A DNA stretch of 63,734 nucleotides, counting the filler, from Octopus bimaculoides (taxonomy: Eukaryota), in the NCBI RefSeq assembly GCF_001194135.2. It is 7 parts of 7 records of this genome, joined end to end, with 100 filler letters (N's around TTAATTAATTAA, not from the genome) between each part and the next. Parts side by side here need not be neighbours in the genome. Positions count along the whole stretch, not along the records: positions 49,749 to 59,350 come from NC_068981.1; positions 59,451 to 61,423 come from NW_026436342.1; positions 61,524 to 63,734 come from NC_069002.1; 4 more parts are not named here. One strand, 5' to 3'. A program made the translations under genes and the position numbers. This document shows positions 49,922 through 62,149 of this stretch, piece after piece. Numbering within the stretch: the first letter of the stretch is position 1; every line of letters begins with the position of its first letter. The notes below the pieces were generated by a model. That model had not been told where the DNA came from. It made no database searches and saw only the letters and a program-made list of their open reading frames with translations.

Positions 49922-52434
49922 TCACTGAATCGGGGTCGATTAAATAAGTAACAGTTACGCACTGGGGTCGATGTAATCGACTTAATCCATTTGTTTGTCT
50001 TCTCTATGTTTAGCTCCCTGTGGGCAATAAAGAAACAAACATATATTAAGAAGTACAATCAAAAGAGAAAGGAAAATAAATAAGCATGGCTACCATTATA
50101 CCTTGTACATATATATATATATTTTTATTGTAAACCAATTCAAAATTAAACGATTATTTTCGGTGTGACAGTTCTAATTCAACCAAAAGGTAAGATGTAG
50201 GAAGTGCTTTGCCTCCATGATTATATAAAAAGTGGTGCTCATTTCCAGTGTATGGTATCCACAAGATCGCCGTAAGATTATTTATGATATTAATCACGCC
50301 CATCTATGAGCATGTCAAAAATTCGTGTGAAAATGGATGCTTCACAAGCATCTCTGTGATTATAGTAGGATTGAAATCAGTCTTCCAGCTACGAATATTG
50401 CCATGGCCACTTGAAGAAAGGTAAATGTTCGCCAGCAATGAAAAGACTGCATACCTTCGGTTCGCAATTAATGAAAATTTAATAGCTTAGACACATTCTG
50501 ATTGCAGATATCCAGTGATTGTATCGCTAAAGAAAAAACAAAGCATGGTGGATAACTATCGCTAATAATTCAGCACAAATTGTGAAATTGGAACTTCCTC
50601 GGAACATAATTCAAAGCCGTAACGAGAATGAAGTGTTGCAGAGTGTACCATTCTGTCTAAACTGAGTTTTGTTTTTCCCATTGTCTGTATTTGATCAATA
50701 ATTTTGAGTGAAATATCGTAGTAGGGATCTGTATGAAAACTTGTCGGTTTCTTTTTATGGTTCTTACCTTATTACCTGCTCACTTTGCATGAAGGTATGG
50801 TGTTCTTTCTCATGAGAAATATCTTAAATTTAGAAACAAAACATACAGATTAAATAAGAGAAAAAAAGAAGTGCAAATAGACATATTTTGGTAGGAAATG
50901 TTGTAGATTTGTGTTATATTGAAATAAAACAAAGCTCTGTGCTTCATGCACTCGAAATAAAATATAAATAAATATTTATAACTCATTAAAGTTTCTACAA
51001 TAAACACAATTGTGCAGATGTCCAAACGCATTTTGTTCGTACATTAATTTCATTAATATCGCAACTGGATTTTAAAATATAATCAATTATTGGTTTGTAA
51101 GTATAGAGTTTTGAGATATAATTTCATTATATGCATATATGTTTAAATCTAATAATCGATTTACTGGGAAAAATCATTTATTTCGTTTACTCATTTTTCA
51201 TAATACCTTTCTGGCGTTTGAATGTGTCTAAACACTCAAATATACACATAATTTACCACAATAATACGTTTGTAAATATGTGTGCATCTATCGAGAATTT
51301 TCCTCATATGACCCGCTGAAAGAGACGCAAGCATAAAAATACACACTTACACATTTCTCTTTAACAATATATGCATTTTATTCCCTTTGCTTTCTTCCCC
51401 GCTCCGCATTACGTTATACATAATCTCCTGTTTCTAATTCTTTCATATACATATTAATATAATATAATATAATTCATCTCAATACGTTACCAAATAACGC
51501 ACATATTGATATATATTTGTGTGTGTGTCTGTGCCTCTGTGTGAGCGTACACATGAGGAATTTACGTGTGTGTCAAAGTCTGTTAGGTCTTTGTCACATA
51601 CTCAAATACATATATAAATGTACTTATCTATGCACATTTACAATTCACAATGTGTTTGTGCCTGGGTTTGACATAGCTGCATATATATATATATANNNNN
51701 NNNNNNNNNNNNNNNNNNNNNNNNNNNNNNNNNNNNNNNNNNNNNNNNNNNNNNNNNNNNNNNNNNNNNNNNNNNNNNNNNNNNNNNNNNNNNNNNNNNN
51801 NNNNNNNNNNNNNNNNNNNNNNNNNNNNNNNNNNNNNNNNNNNNNNNNNNNNNNNNNNNNNNNNNNNNNNNNNNNNNNNNNNNNNNNNNNNNNNNNNNNN
51901 NNNNNNNNNNNNNNNNNNNNNNNNNNNNNNNNNNNNNNNNNNNNNNNNNNNNNNNNNNNNNNNNNNNNNNNNNNNNNNNNNNNNNNNNNNNNNNNNNNNN
52001 NNNNNNNNNNNNNNNNNNNNNNNNNNNNNNNNNNNNNNNNNNNNNNNNNNNNNNNNNNNNNNNNNNNNNNNNNNNNNNNNNNNNNNNNNNNNNNNNNNNN
52101 NNNNNNNNNNNNNNNNNNNNNNNNNNNNNNNNNNNNNNNNNNNNNNNNNNNNNNNNNNNNNNNNNNNNNNNNNNNNNNNNNNNNNNNNNNNNNNNNNNNN
52201 NNNNNNNNNNNNNNNNNNNNNNNNNNNNNNNNNNNNNNNNNNNNNNNNNNNNNNNNNNNNNNNNNNNNNNNNNNNNNNNNNNNNNNNNNNNNNNNNNNNN
52301 NNNNNNNNNNNNNNNNNNNNNNNNNNNNNNNNNNNNNNNNNNNNNNNNNNNNNNNNNNNNNNNNNNNNNNNNNNNNNNNNNNNNNNNNNNNNNNNNNNNN
52401 NNNNNNNNNNNNNNNNNNNNNNNNNNNNNNNNNN

Positions 52435-52482
<48 letters not shown>

Positions 52483-52885
52483 TCCGCTTATTATTTTCTT
52501 CCTTTTTTCTTCCCTTTCCCCCCTCCTTTTTTCCTCTTCCTTTATACCTCTCTTCCTGTTTTCGATCTGACCTTACTAATACATTTCCTACATTTAGGTT
52601 ACTTTAAACAGTACCATTGATTCAAATACTGTGTATAAAGTCTGTATTTGGAATGACCAATTTCAAAGATTGTTGGATTGTACTCATAGGGTATTGGAAT
52701 CTTAATAATGGATTTAAAAATGCAATAACCAATCTTAAAGACTGTTGCATTCTACGCACAAGGTATTAGAATCCTATATGTATACCATTCTGCCTAAACA
52801 ATGGATTTACAAATACTATATCCCTGCATTTACTCTCTATATCCTATCTTATCTAAATTAACTATTGCATAACCGTCCTCTCACA

Positions 52886-52935
52886 CCGTCTCCGATGAAG
52901 GGATATATTAAATATCCTGGGAAAAGCTGTGAAAC
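52886..52935 (+). other. Decayed hammerhead-like motif in a Penelope-like terminal fragment
   Basis: CCGTCT-CCGATGA-A-GGGATAT-ATTAA-ATATCCT-GG-GAAA-AGCTGT-G. Core has U4>C and position 17 is G. Confidence 0.4.
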
Positions 52936-53001
52936 CTATTTATAAATGATCTATAATCCACACATCCTTGTTTTTTTTTTATCTCATTACGACTATTGAA
53001 T

Positions 53002-53048
<47 letters not shown>

Positions 53049-53212
53049 GACACACAGATCGATAGATTAATAGATAGATTTTATATTTTGGACTAATGGG
53101 TATATGTCGATTAGTGTGTTGAATGACACAGTTTGGGCAAACTTGTGTCATCATCAGTCGGGTTATGTTTCCGTTGGATCTACTTTAGGAACTCCACAGT
53201 GTTAGTTGAGAC

Positions 53213-53473
53213 AATGATAATTAATTAAGTAACCAGATGATGGGTTTGTTATTTATATTTATTTAGTACAACCGTCGTTTAGACACATCCTGCTACTGTC
53301 CCCTCTGAGTTGCATCCATTGTACCTGATTAAACTTAGACTGCAAATTGGATGCAACACAATTTGTTGAACGGAGTCCCACCAATGTTACAAGCAGGATG
53401 GGTCAAAACGACCGTTGTACAAAATAAAGATTAATACCAAATCCATGTTCTAGTTATTTAATAAATTATCATT
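53213..53473. repeat. Fold-back element with ~83-bp imperfect arms and a nested 10-bp hairpin
   Basis: 53213-53295 aligns to the reverse complement of 53391-53473 at about 84%. Inner GTTGCATCCA (53309-53318) pairs with TGGATGCAAC (53348-53357). Confidence 0.88.
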
Positions 53474-55966
53474 ATATATATATAGCTATATATTTAATTG
53501 GAAGATATGTTAACCTCGTGAAGGAATGCGTCAGTTATCACCATAAAGGGAAACTACTAAAAAAGTATAGTTTTATTAAAACTAATAAAATGAATACTTT
53601 TTTGACAAATTTGTTTTTGCATCCATTTAATATTACAGTAGAAAAATTGAAAATAGAAAGTAACTTTACATGAAGTACGGAAGCTTTTTCATGTCACAAA
53701 CATTTAGAGGTTGCGTTCATTATTAATGGACAATTACTAAGTAGAATTTCTTTAGTATATGACATAAAATTCATAGATTCATGGGAAAGTCCATATGAAA
53801 ACATGAATATATCAAATGGTATAGAAATCTTTATTTCGTACTATGTTTCATTGTTCATTTCTAAGACACCTCGACAGAATATGCATATTAGATGTGTATT
53901 CTGAAAACAAGATGCATTGGCCATTACAGAGATGAGGATTTATGTATAGAGACTAACAAGTAAATAGAAGTGATTATTCAGTTTTATATTTTTGACTAAA
54001 AGATACCTATAGCTACTGATTCATATGCAGATAAATTTGCATTTCTGACTTTAAAAACGAAATTATATGAACGGTTCTGAAAATTCAACACAAAACTAAC
54101 ATTTCTTAACATAGAAGAAGAAATATATATATAGTTTACAATCTTATCAGTAACATAAATAGATGTATTTCTAATTTATCTTTCAATACAGAAATATTTG
54201 ATAAGACAGTCCAATGATATTACAAACGTTTCTAAGAAGTAGATTCATTACTGCAGGGCATAAATTAGAGTAGAATGCTTCTAACGCCATGACAAACATT
54301 TTGCGAGAGTGCAGGGATTTTTTGAAGCATGTTACATGATTGGTTATATTATCCTCATGTCACAAGCAACATGCAATCGCATGGGTATATATATATAATC
54401 ATATGTACCTCCTCTACTTTCTTTTCCAGCGTTTGTATAAATTTCTTGTAAGATATCTAACTATTCACCTTGCACAATGTATGTGGTTATATCGCAGTTT
54501 TCTAACCATCTATGTAAATATAAGGAATTTTCTCAGATATTATTAATCTAAGTTTACGTATATTTATACATTACTCCTTTGAGTACAAGATTACATCAGT
54601 GATGACAGAAACGTTTTAATTTAATAGTTTGATTTGGCTACAGAAATGACAGGTAAATATTCAGTGTAAAATATATGCCACACAAAATGTGTTTATTATA
54701 AGACTATATATTACTTTTAGTTCAATGTCATTGAATATCGTTTTAGCTTAACATTCATTTCAAATCCTTGCCAAGTGTTTAACTAACACAAAATGATACT
54801 GAAAGTCTATTTGTCTTATTTATAGCTCCCGTACACCCTCTTAATAACATAAAGTCTTAGGTATCAGCTGACAGTTTGCAGTCATCTCTTTCATGTTATT
54901 TATGAATATTTTATATTACATACTTGATAATTCAGAATTTCTAAACGTGTTGTGGTTTTAGATTACAGAGATACACTATATAGGATGTATTTTATAGCTA
55001 CAGGGTGCAAATACCTATTCGGATAAAGACAGCATTCATTAATTATCACTCTGAACAAAAATCCTGAATGAATCTTATAAAGTTTTCAGGTGATTCTGTC
55101 TCTTAGTTACATGGGAGATGAGAGTGTCTTTACCTGAGCTACTTTGATACAACTTGCTCTATTAAATGCCTCTCCTCAGCCGGTAACGGATTCAGGACAT
55201 GGTTAGTTGCGAAATTTTATTAGCATAAAATATCAAGGTCATGTATAAATAGGTATTGTCTTTACTTTCATTTTAAACATGAAAAATACACATCTACACC
55301 AGAGTTCATGCACTTGCAAAATAACCAGCTTAGCACGTGATATTATGCGATATTTTGCCATGTGTAAGAAAGTGAAGTCACGATCTCTTTTGCATATTAA
55401 AATCATTTTTGCTATCTGAAATTTTTTTTTCTCATCACATCATCCCAGTTTCAACACACATACAAATTAGATCATAGCTGTAAAACTAGATGGCTTATAA
55501 AAAACATATACGTGATCTAATTATGAAAAATATTTAGAAATAATGTAATACCTGAACACAAGTTTAAAAGATGTAATATAATTTATTTCTCATAGTTTCA
55601 AGATTTCGTTTTCTCAGAAGAATTAATTTTTATCGATTGTTAAGTAACTGCGATACACATGAGAAACATATTACGTATGATAATTCGATTATAGTCTAAA
55701 TGTAGCTTAAATATTTCATATTCCGCCTCAGTTGATTATCTTGTATTAATTTTTCATTTCCGACTCACTGTGTGTAGGCGTAAATTTATACATGCATACG
55801 CACATACATACATACATACATACATACATACGTATGTATGTATGTATGTTTATGAAAGTTTACGTATAGGTAAGTATACGTAAATATTTATTTATAACTA
55901 TATACGTGCGTGTATATGTGTCTATGTGTGTGTGAATGCGTGTGTATGTGTGTGTTTGTTTGTGTA

Positions 55967-56017
<51 letters not shown>

Positions 56018-56652
56018 GTGTGAATGCGTGTTTAGAGCGATCGGTGTCTGTATGTGACTCTAAATATACGTTTATATGAATACGCATAAGTCTTTTCTGG
56101 TATAGCCTCATATCATTTCCACTACATTTTCTAAGTTCTCTCGTTTGGTATGTTAGCTGGGGAGTTTCGGTAACGAATTAAAAATTTCTCATATATATTG
56201 CAAAAATATATAAATTCATCGTGATTAAAATCATCGATGTCTTGAAGCTCAGTGCCGAAATTAATTTTGCCTTTGTCCTGAATTTTCGACTAATGTTTCA
56301 GATTTTATTATTAATTAAATTATTAACTACACTTCCACAATATGTATTTTTAAAAAATGACGTATTTCTTAAATGCATTTGAGCTTGTGTTCAGTATAAA
56401 TTCGTATAAGCTGGTAGTCAGTTCACAGAAATATTTTGGTACTTGTTCCACGACGAAAACTGAAACAGAACAGAAACAATCAGGGCATTTTCAAGTCTTC
56501 TTCCACTTGAGAGTCTCTAGCATTCCTGATTAGCCGTTTATATTTTAGAGCAGACCAACTTCTGACACATAATTATTAAAAAATGTTCTATATATTAGAT
56601 TTTAAATAATACAAAAATGTGTGTAATATTCATTAAATTAAGATATTGATAG

Positions 56653-57037
56653 TTTTGTTGGCACTCCGTCGCTTACGACGTCGAGGGTTCCAGTTGATCA
56701 GATCAACGGAACAGCCTGTTCGTGAAATTAACGTGCAAATGGCTGAGCACTTCACAGACACGTGTACCCTTAATGTAGTTCTCGCGGATATTCAACGTGA
56801 CACAGTGTGACAAGGCTGACCCTTTGAATTATAGACACAACAGAAACAGGAAGTAAGAGTGAGAGAAAGTTGTGGTGGAAGAGTACAGCAGTGTTCGCCA
56901 CCATCCCCTGCCGGAGCCTCGTGGAGCTTTAGGTGGTTTCGGTCAATAAACACACACGACGCCCGGGCTGGTAATCGAAACCGCGATCCTATGACCGCGA
57001 GTCCGCTAACCTAGCCACTGGGCCATTGCGCCTCCAC
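56653..57037 (-). mobile_element. tRNA-derived SINE (family 3-related) with perfect 13-bp TSD
   Basis: TSD AAGATATTGATAG at 56640-56652 and 57038-57050. Head GTGGAGGCGCAATGGCCCAGTGG...GGTTTCGATTACC. Confidence 0.92.
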
Positions 57038-57993
57038 AAGATATTGATAGATACATGTATGAACAAGAGAGTTGTTCGTCTTATGAAGGTAATGTGGCTG
57101 GTCGTTTAATTGGGTCCAGGCTGTTATATAGGATGTTGCTTTGTGAGCTCATACAAAATTATATGCGCACGTGTTACTGTACGTCATTATTCCAGGGGCA
57201 TTTCTTTGCTACATTTAGCTATTCATAACGATTCCGTGGTGTCTCTCTTTGGGTCATGCACATGAGATTGACATCTCTTCTTCACTATAATATGACTTAC
57301 ATTTGTGGCATCTTACTAACATGCAGATGTCTTACACACATATGCACATATGTAAGAGTAGGTTTAGGGAAAGTTTGGTTGTCATTTCACAGAATTTGAG
57401 ATACAAGTGTGAAACACCGGCAGTAGTTTGGAGTAAACGAATTACCTCAGTAATACGTCTGGTCATTTTGTTATAAATTTGTTTTTGAATTACTCTTTTG
57501 AGAATGAGCAAAATGTAATGAAAATAAATACATATATTTTAAAATTACGCATTTGAAAATTCTTTTCTTACGGCTAAATAAAATTGTAAACAAAACTAAA
57601 ACAAATCAACGAAGAACAGCATGAGCGCTTATTATAAAGTATGTGGGCTTAATACTGAAATGGTGACGTTAATTTCGGAGAGGGCGTTTTTGGAAAAGAA
57701 ACTTTATCGGAAACAATATTTGTTGAGAAAGAAAACAGAGTAGAGGAGGCGAAAGGGCAGATTCTTCCATAGAAATTTAGAGAACACAGCAAATGTATAA
57801 AAGTGATTTGAAAGAGTCTAGGGATTTGAAAACTGCATTTACATTCGAAACCATAAAATCCCCATTTTCAGAGAATGATGTGTGCGGTTTTGTTGGATGT
57901 TCAGTGTGTGTAGACAACTAACATAGGAACTTAGCGTTTGTCTCACTGTCTCCACTTCTCTCTCTCCCTCTCTTTCTTTCCTACTCTCTCTCA

Positions 57994-58040
<47 letters not shown>

Positions 58041-59452
58041 CGCACATTCATATACACACATGCACACACACATATGTGTGTGCATGCATATCTGTATGTA
58101 AATGTATATGTATATATATATAAATATGTATATACACTCACACATACACATACACACACATAAGTGATGTATTTCGATGTGTTTATAGGCATATACATAT
58201 TCATGAGGTATCTGTAGATATATTTAAATTAGTGAGAGTGTGAGCGAGTGGGTACATGGTATGCTGCTGTTTCTACCAATTCAAGATACTCTATTTTAGC
58301 TTCGGCGGAAATTTAGTAAACTTAAGTTTATTTATACTTTTGCTGCAACGGTATTTTGTGAGTTCTGTCTTTAGACAAAAAATAAAAAATAAAAAATTGA
58401 TTTTCATCCTGTGTATGAAATAATTAAAATAAAATTTTAAAAAATAATGATATTTCCCAATTTCAATATTTCCATTTAAAAATGCGTGCTTATGGCTAAA
58501 AATATTTGTGTACGTAGAACCAAAACAAACAAAACTACACGCACATATTTAAATTAACAATTTCGCAGAACCATATATTTCAGAATCGTTTAGAATATTT
58601 CGTGTGGGTTTAATTCCGAAAGGATTTAGAATACTTAATGATGGATTTATATCCAGAAGGTGAGTGAATATTGGAAGAGAAGATTTAGATTCGAAATATA
58701 AAAGAGCTTTCAGGGTAAAACCGCCACGAAATCTAACATGAAGTGTCTTTAGAAAAACAGAGTGGTGAATGGGAGGTAAATGGGAGATACATGGGAGGAC
58801 ATTGAGAATGACGTACACCGTCCATATCACTCGGTGATTTCTTCCATAAAATTAAACCCAAATCTCACACGCAATCAGATCCCAATCACATATAGAGGGC
58901 CCATGCCTAACAATATAAGATCCATACCTGAAATTATTTATTTGTACGAAAGTAATGAACATGCTCAAGCGCAGAACAGTTATCACTCATACATTCAGAC
59001 ACGCGTGATTTGCATGCAGGCGAATCTACTGTCCTTTTTAGGTTTTCAGAGCACCTGAAATGACTGGCCATTAACTTGTTTTTGATCTCCTCTATCTTCA
59101 AAATGGTTTCACATGAAACAACTTAGGTAACTCAGAGACCCGTGCTATTTATCAGTTCTATACTCAATCCACACTTTCTAAATATATCATATCGTGAAGA
59201 TTCCAACCTCTAAACGTAATACAATATATGAAAGTAAATTACTTTTAAGTATGCACGGCCATTCGCCATAAACATTACGATGTACGCACCCGACGCATAT
59301 ATGTATAAATAAATAATCAAATATATATATGTATATAATTATATGTATATNNNNNNNNNNNNNNNNNNNNNNNNNNNNNNNNNNNNNNNNNNNNTTAATT
59401 AATTAANNNNNNNNNNNNNNNNNNNNNNNNNNNNNNNNNNNNNNNNNNNNCA

Positions 59453-60131
59453 ACAAGAATCTGTCAATGTACATATCAAGGACGAACCTATAATATTGGC
59501 AAAAGATTTGGTGAATGTGACGAATGCCAATGTTTGTCTAGTAGTACAGTCCAGTGTTCTAACAAGCCATGTAAATGCACCTATAACGGAAATACCTACC
59601 GAATTGGTGAAAGATTTCCAAGCGGCTGCAATACATGCACATGTAAAATCGATGGTCGTGTAGACTGCACTACAAATCCATGTACCTGTACTTACAATCA
59701 TAGGGTTTGTAATATTGGGCAGAAATTCGCTGATGACTGCAATACTTGCACATGTCAACATAACGGTCAAGTTGAGTGCACATATAGAACGTGTCGATGT
59801 ACACACAAATTACAAATTAATAAAATTGGTCAGAAATTTCATGAAGATTGTAACCAATGCCAATGTCTATCAACTGGATATGTTCAACGTACAACCAAAG
59901 TCTGCAAATGTACTTACAACAACCTGATTTATAATGTAGGAGAAACATTTAGACAGGGTTGTAATACATGTACTTGTGAAGTGAACGGTAGACTGAGTTG
60001 CACCAATAACCCTTGTCACTGTTTTTACAATGGAAATACCATGGACGTAAAACGACCATTTTTATAATGTATGTCAAACATTTAGACAGGGTTGTAATAC
60101 ATGTCCGTGTGAAGTGAATGGTAGAGTAAGC
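59453..60131 (+). CDS. Tandem 37-aa six-Cys pacifastin/VWC-like modules (five in frame, sixth frameshifted); probably a disrupted secreted-protein exon
   Basis: Open from the segment edge: CTYQGRTYNIG...C, CTYNGNTYRIGERFPSGCNTCTCKIDGRVDCTTNPC and so on, with 111-bp periodicity. Stop at 60065-60067 inside a 22-nt extra segment. Confidence 0.8.
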
Positions 60132-61087
60132 GGATCTAGTTCAAAACGGGGGCACCAGTTTTCATTTATGTTTTATGTAGTGTTTTTGGTACCGAAAGAC
60201 TTTCAAACTTCGTATACTTATCTATTTTGTGTTATAGAACAGAAAAAAATTTTTGTATTTCATGTAAAAAATTGTCTTATTTCGATAATTTCAACCAATC
60301 ACTGACAAGTATTCAGCTGTTTACAGTTACTCCTTTGGCAGTTTAAGCGGTGTAAAGCGTATTTAATCTCCATTACTTCTGACATTTTGCAGAGAGGCAA
60401 CACACGTGTGTTCGTTTTCCCTAACCCTAACCCTAACCCTAATTGACTTGCTCCTTCCCTAAAAAACCAGGCCTTGTGCCTATAATAGAAAGGTTTNNNN
60501 NNNNNNNNNNNNNNNNNNNNNNNNNNNNNNNNNNNNNNNNNNNNNNNNNNNNNNNNNNNNNNNNNNNNNNNNNNNNNNNNNNNNNNNNNNNNNNNNNNNN
60601 NNNNNNNNNNNNNNNNNNNNNNNNNNNNNNNNNNNNNNNNNNNNNNNNNNNNNNNNNNNNNNNNNNNNNNNNNNNNNNNNNNNNNNNNNNNNNNNNNNNN
60701 NNNNNNNNNNNNNNNNNNNNNNNNNNNNNNNNNNNNNNNNNNNNNNNNNNNNNNNNNNNNNNNNNNNNNNNNNNNNNNNNNNNNNNNNNNNNNNNNNNNN
60801 NNNNNNNNNNNNNNNNNNNNNNNNNNNNNNNNNNNNNNNNNNNNNNNNNNNNNNNNNNNNNNNNNNNNNNNNNNNNNNNNNNNNNNNNNNNNNNNNNNNN
60901 NNNNNNNNNNNNNNNNNNNNNNNNTACAGAAATACGACAACTTTAACATAAAATAAGTTGCAATATAATAATTTTTCTTAAGAAGACTAAGAAAAAAAGA
61001 TGTTTTATATGACACATTCTACCAGTGTCCCAAGTTTCAAAGTGTTTCGTTAAGAAAATACTGGTGTCCCCGCTTTGAACTAGATCC
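60132..61087. mobile_element. Non-autonomous TIR DNA transposon with GG termini and 8-bp TSD (Merlin-like candidate)
   Basis: 28-bp TIRs GGATCTAGTTCAAAACGGGGGCACCAGT / ACTGGTGTCCCCGCTTTGAACTAGATCC with 2 mismatches. TSD GAGTAAGC at 60124-60131 and 61088-61095. Internal N gap. Confidence 0.9.
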
Positions 61088-61095
61088 GAGTAAGC

Positions 61096-61423
61096 TGTAC
61101 CAATAACCCTTGTCACTGCTTTTACAATGGAAATAATATGGACGTAAAACGACCATTTTTATAATGTATGTCAAACATTTAGACAGGGTTGTAATATATG
61201 TACATGTGAACTAAATGGTAGAGTAAGCTGTACTAATAACCCATGTCATTGTCTATACAATGGAAAAACCTTCCAAATAGGTACTACATTTAGAAGGGAC
61301 TGTAATACATGCACATGCAAAGCCGATGGTACCGTAGTGTGCACAACAAATCCATGTAGCTGCAATTACAACGGCAAGCGTTACGACATTGGTTCTATAT
61401 GCTATAATGATTGCAACAAATGT
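61096..61423 (+). CDS. Continuation of the six-Cys module array (second frameshifted unit, one intact unit, one partial)
   Basis: CTNNPCHCFYNGNN-[22 nt]-YNVCQTFRQGCNICTCELNGRVSCTNNPCHCLYNGKTFQIGTTFRRDCNTCTCKADGTVVCTTNPCSCNYNGKRYDIGSICYNDCNKC, up to the segment edge. Confidence 0.75.
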
Positions 61424-61523
61424 NNNNNNNNNNNNNNNNNNNNNNNNNNNNNNNNNNNNNNNNNNNNTTAATTAATTAANNNNNNNNNNNNNNNNNNNNN
61501 NNNNNNNNNNNNNNNNNNNNNNN

Positions 61524-61556
<33 letters not shown>

Positions 61557-62149
61557 CATTCATATACACACATATGTGTTTTGGTGAGTCGAGTTTAGTC
61601 CTTGATATTCTCTTTTCCCATCTTGTTTAATGTAGCTTCTAATTTGATTAATGCCATGTCGTCCAATTTTATATTTCATGTAATGCTATGCAGGAATTTC
61701 ACCTGCTTATGTTGTAAATTCAAGAATATTTAGTTTCCAATGTTCTGTTTTTGCTTGAGTGATGTCAGTAATATAGGTTTAAAAATTCCTATGTTTGTTA
61801 ACAACTCTCCAAACAAATTGAATTTTTTGAAAGACTTTCATAATATTTCATATTTTTATTAGGAATGTTATATACATGTGTAGTGGTTGCCTAGCCCCAA
61901 GTCGATTTTCATGTGATGGTTGTTGAAATTGGATCTATGATCATCCAGCCCTTTTATAGTTGACAGATTATATTGCACTACATTTTGAACTTATTTTTCA
62001 AAATGTTCCTTTTGATTTGAAGTTAAATTCGCTTCTTTCTCGCTAAGTATGCCAGATCTTATGGTTTCACCTATCCCTGTATTTATATGACTTGTGAGCG
62101 ATACTCAAATAGCTGGCTAGTTTACATTATCAGATTTTTTCTATAATTA

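Noticed and set aside
58574-59058. Splice-flanked stretch (TTCGCAG...AGAAG|GTGAGT) and the 92-aa ORF
   Set aside because: No recognisable domain, stop density in the extended frame looks random, and there is no supporting neighbour exon.
39573-61423. A single gene joining the LDLa exon to the Cys-module array
   Set aside because: Three artificial scaffold joins lie between them and no linking exons are evident.
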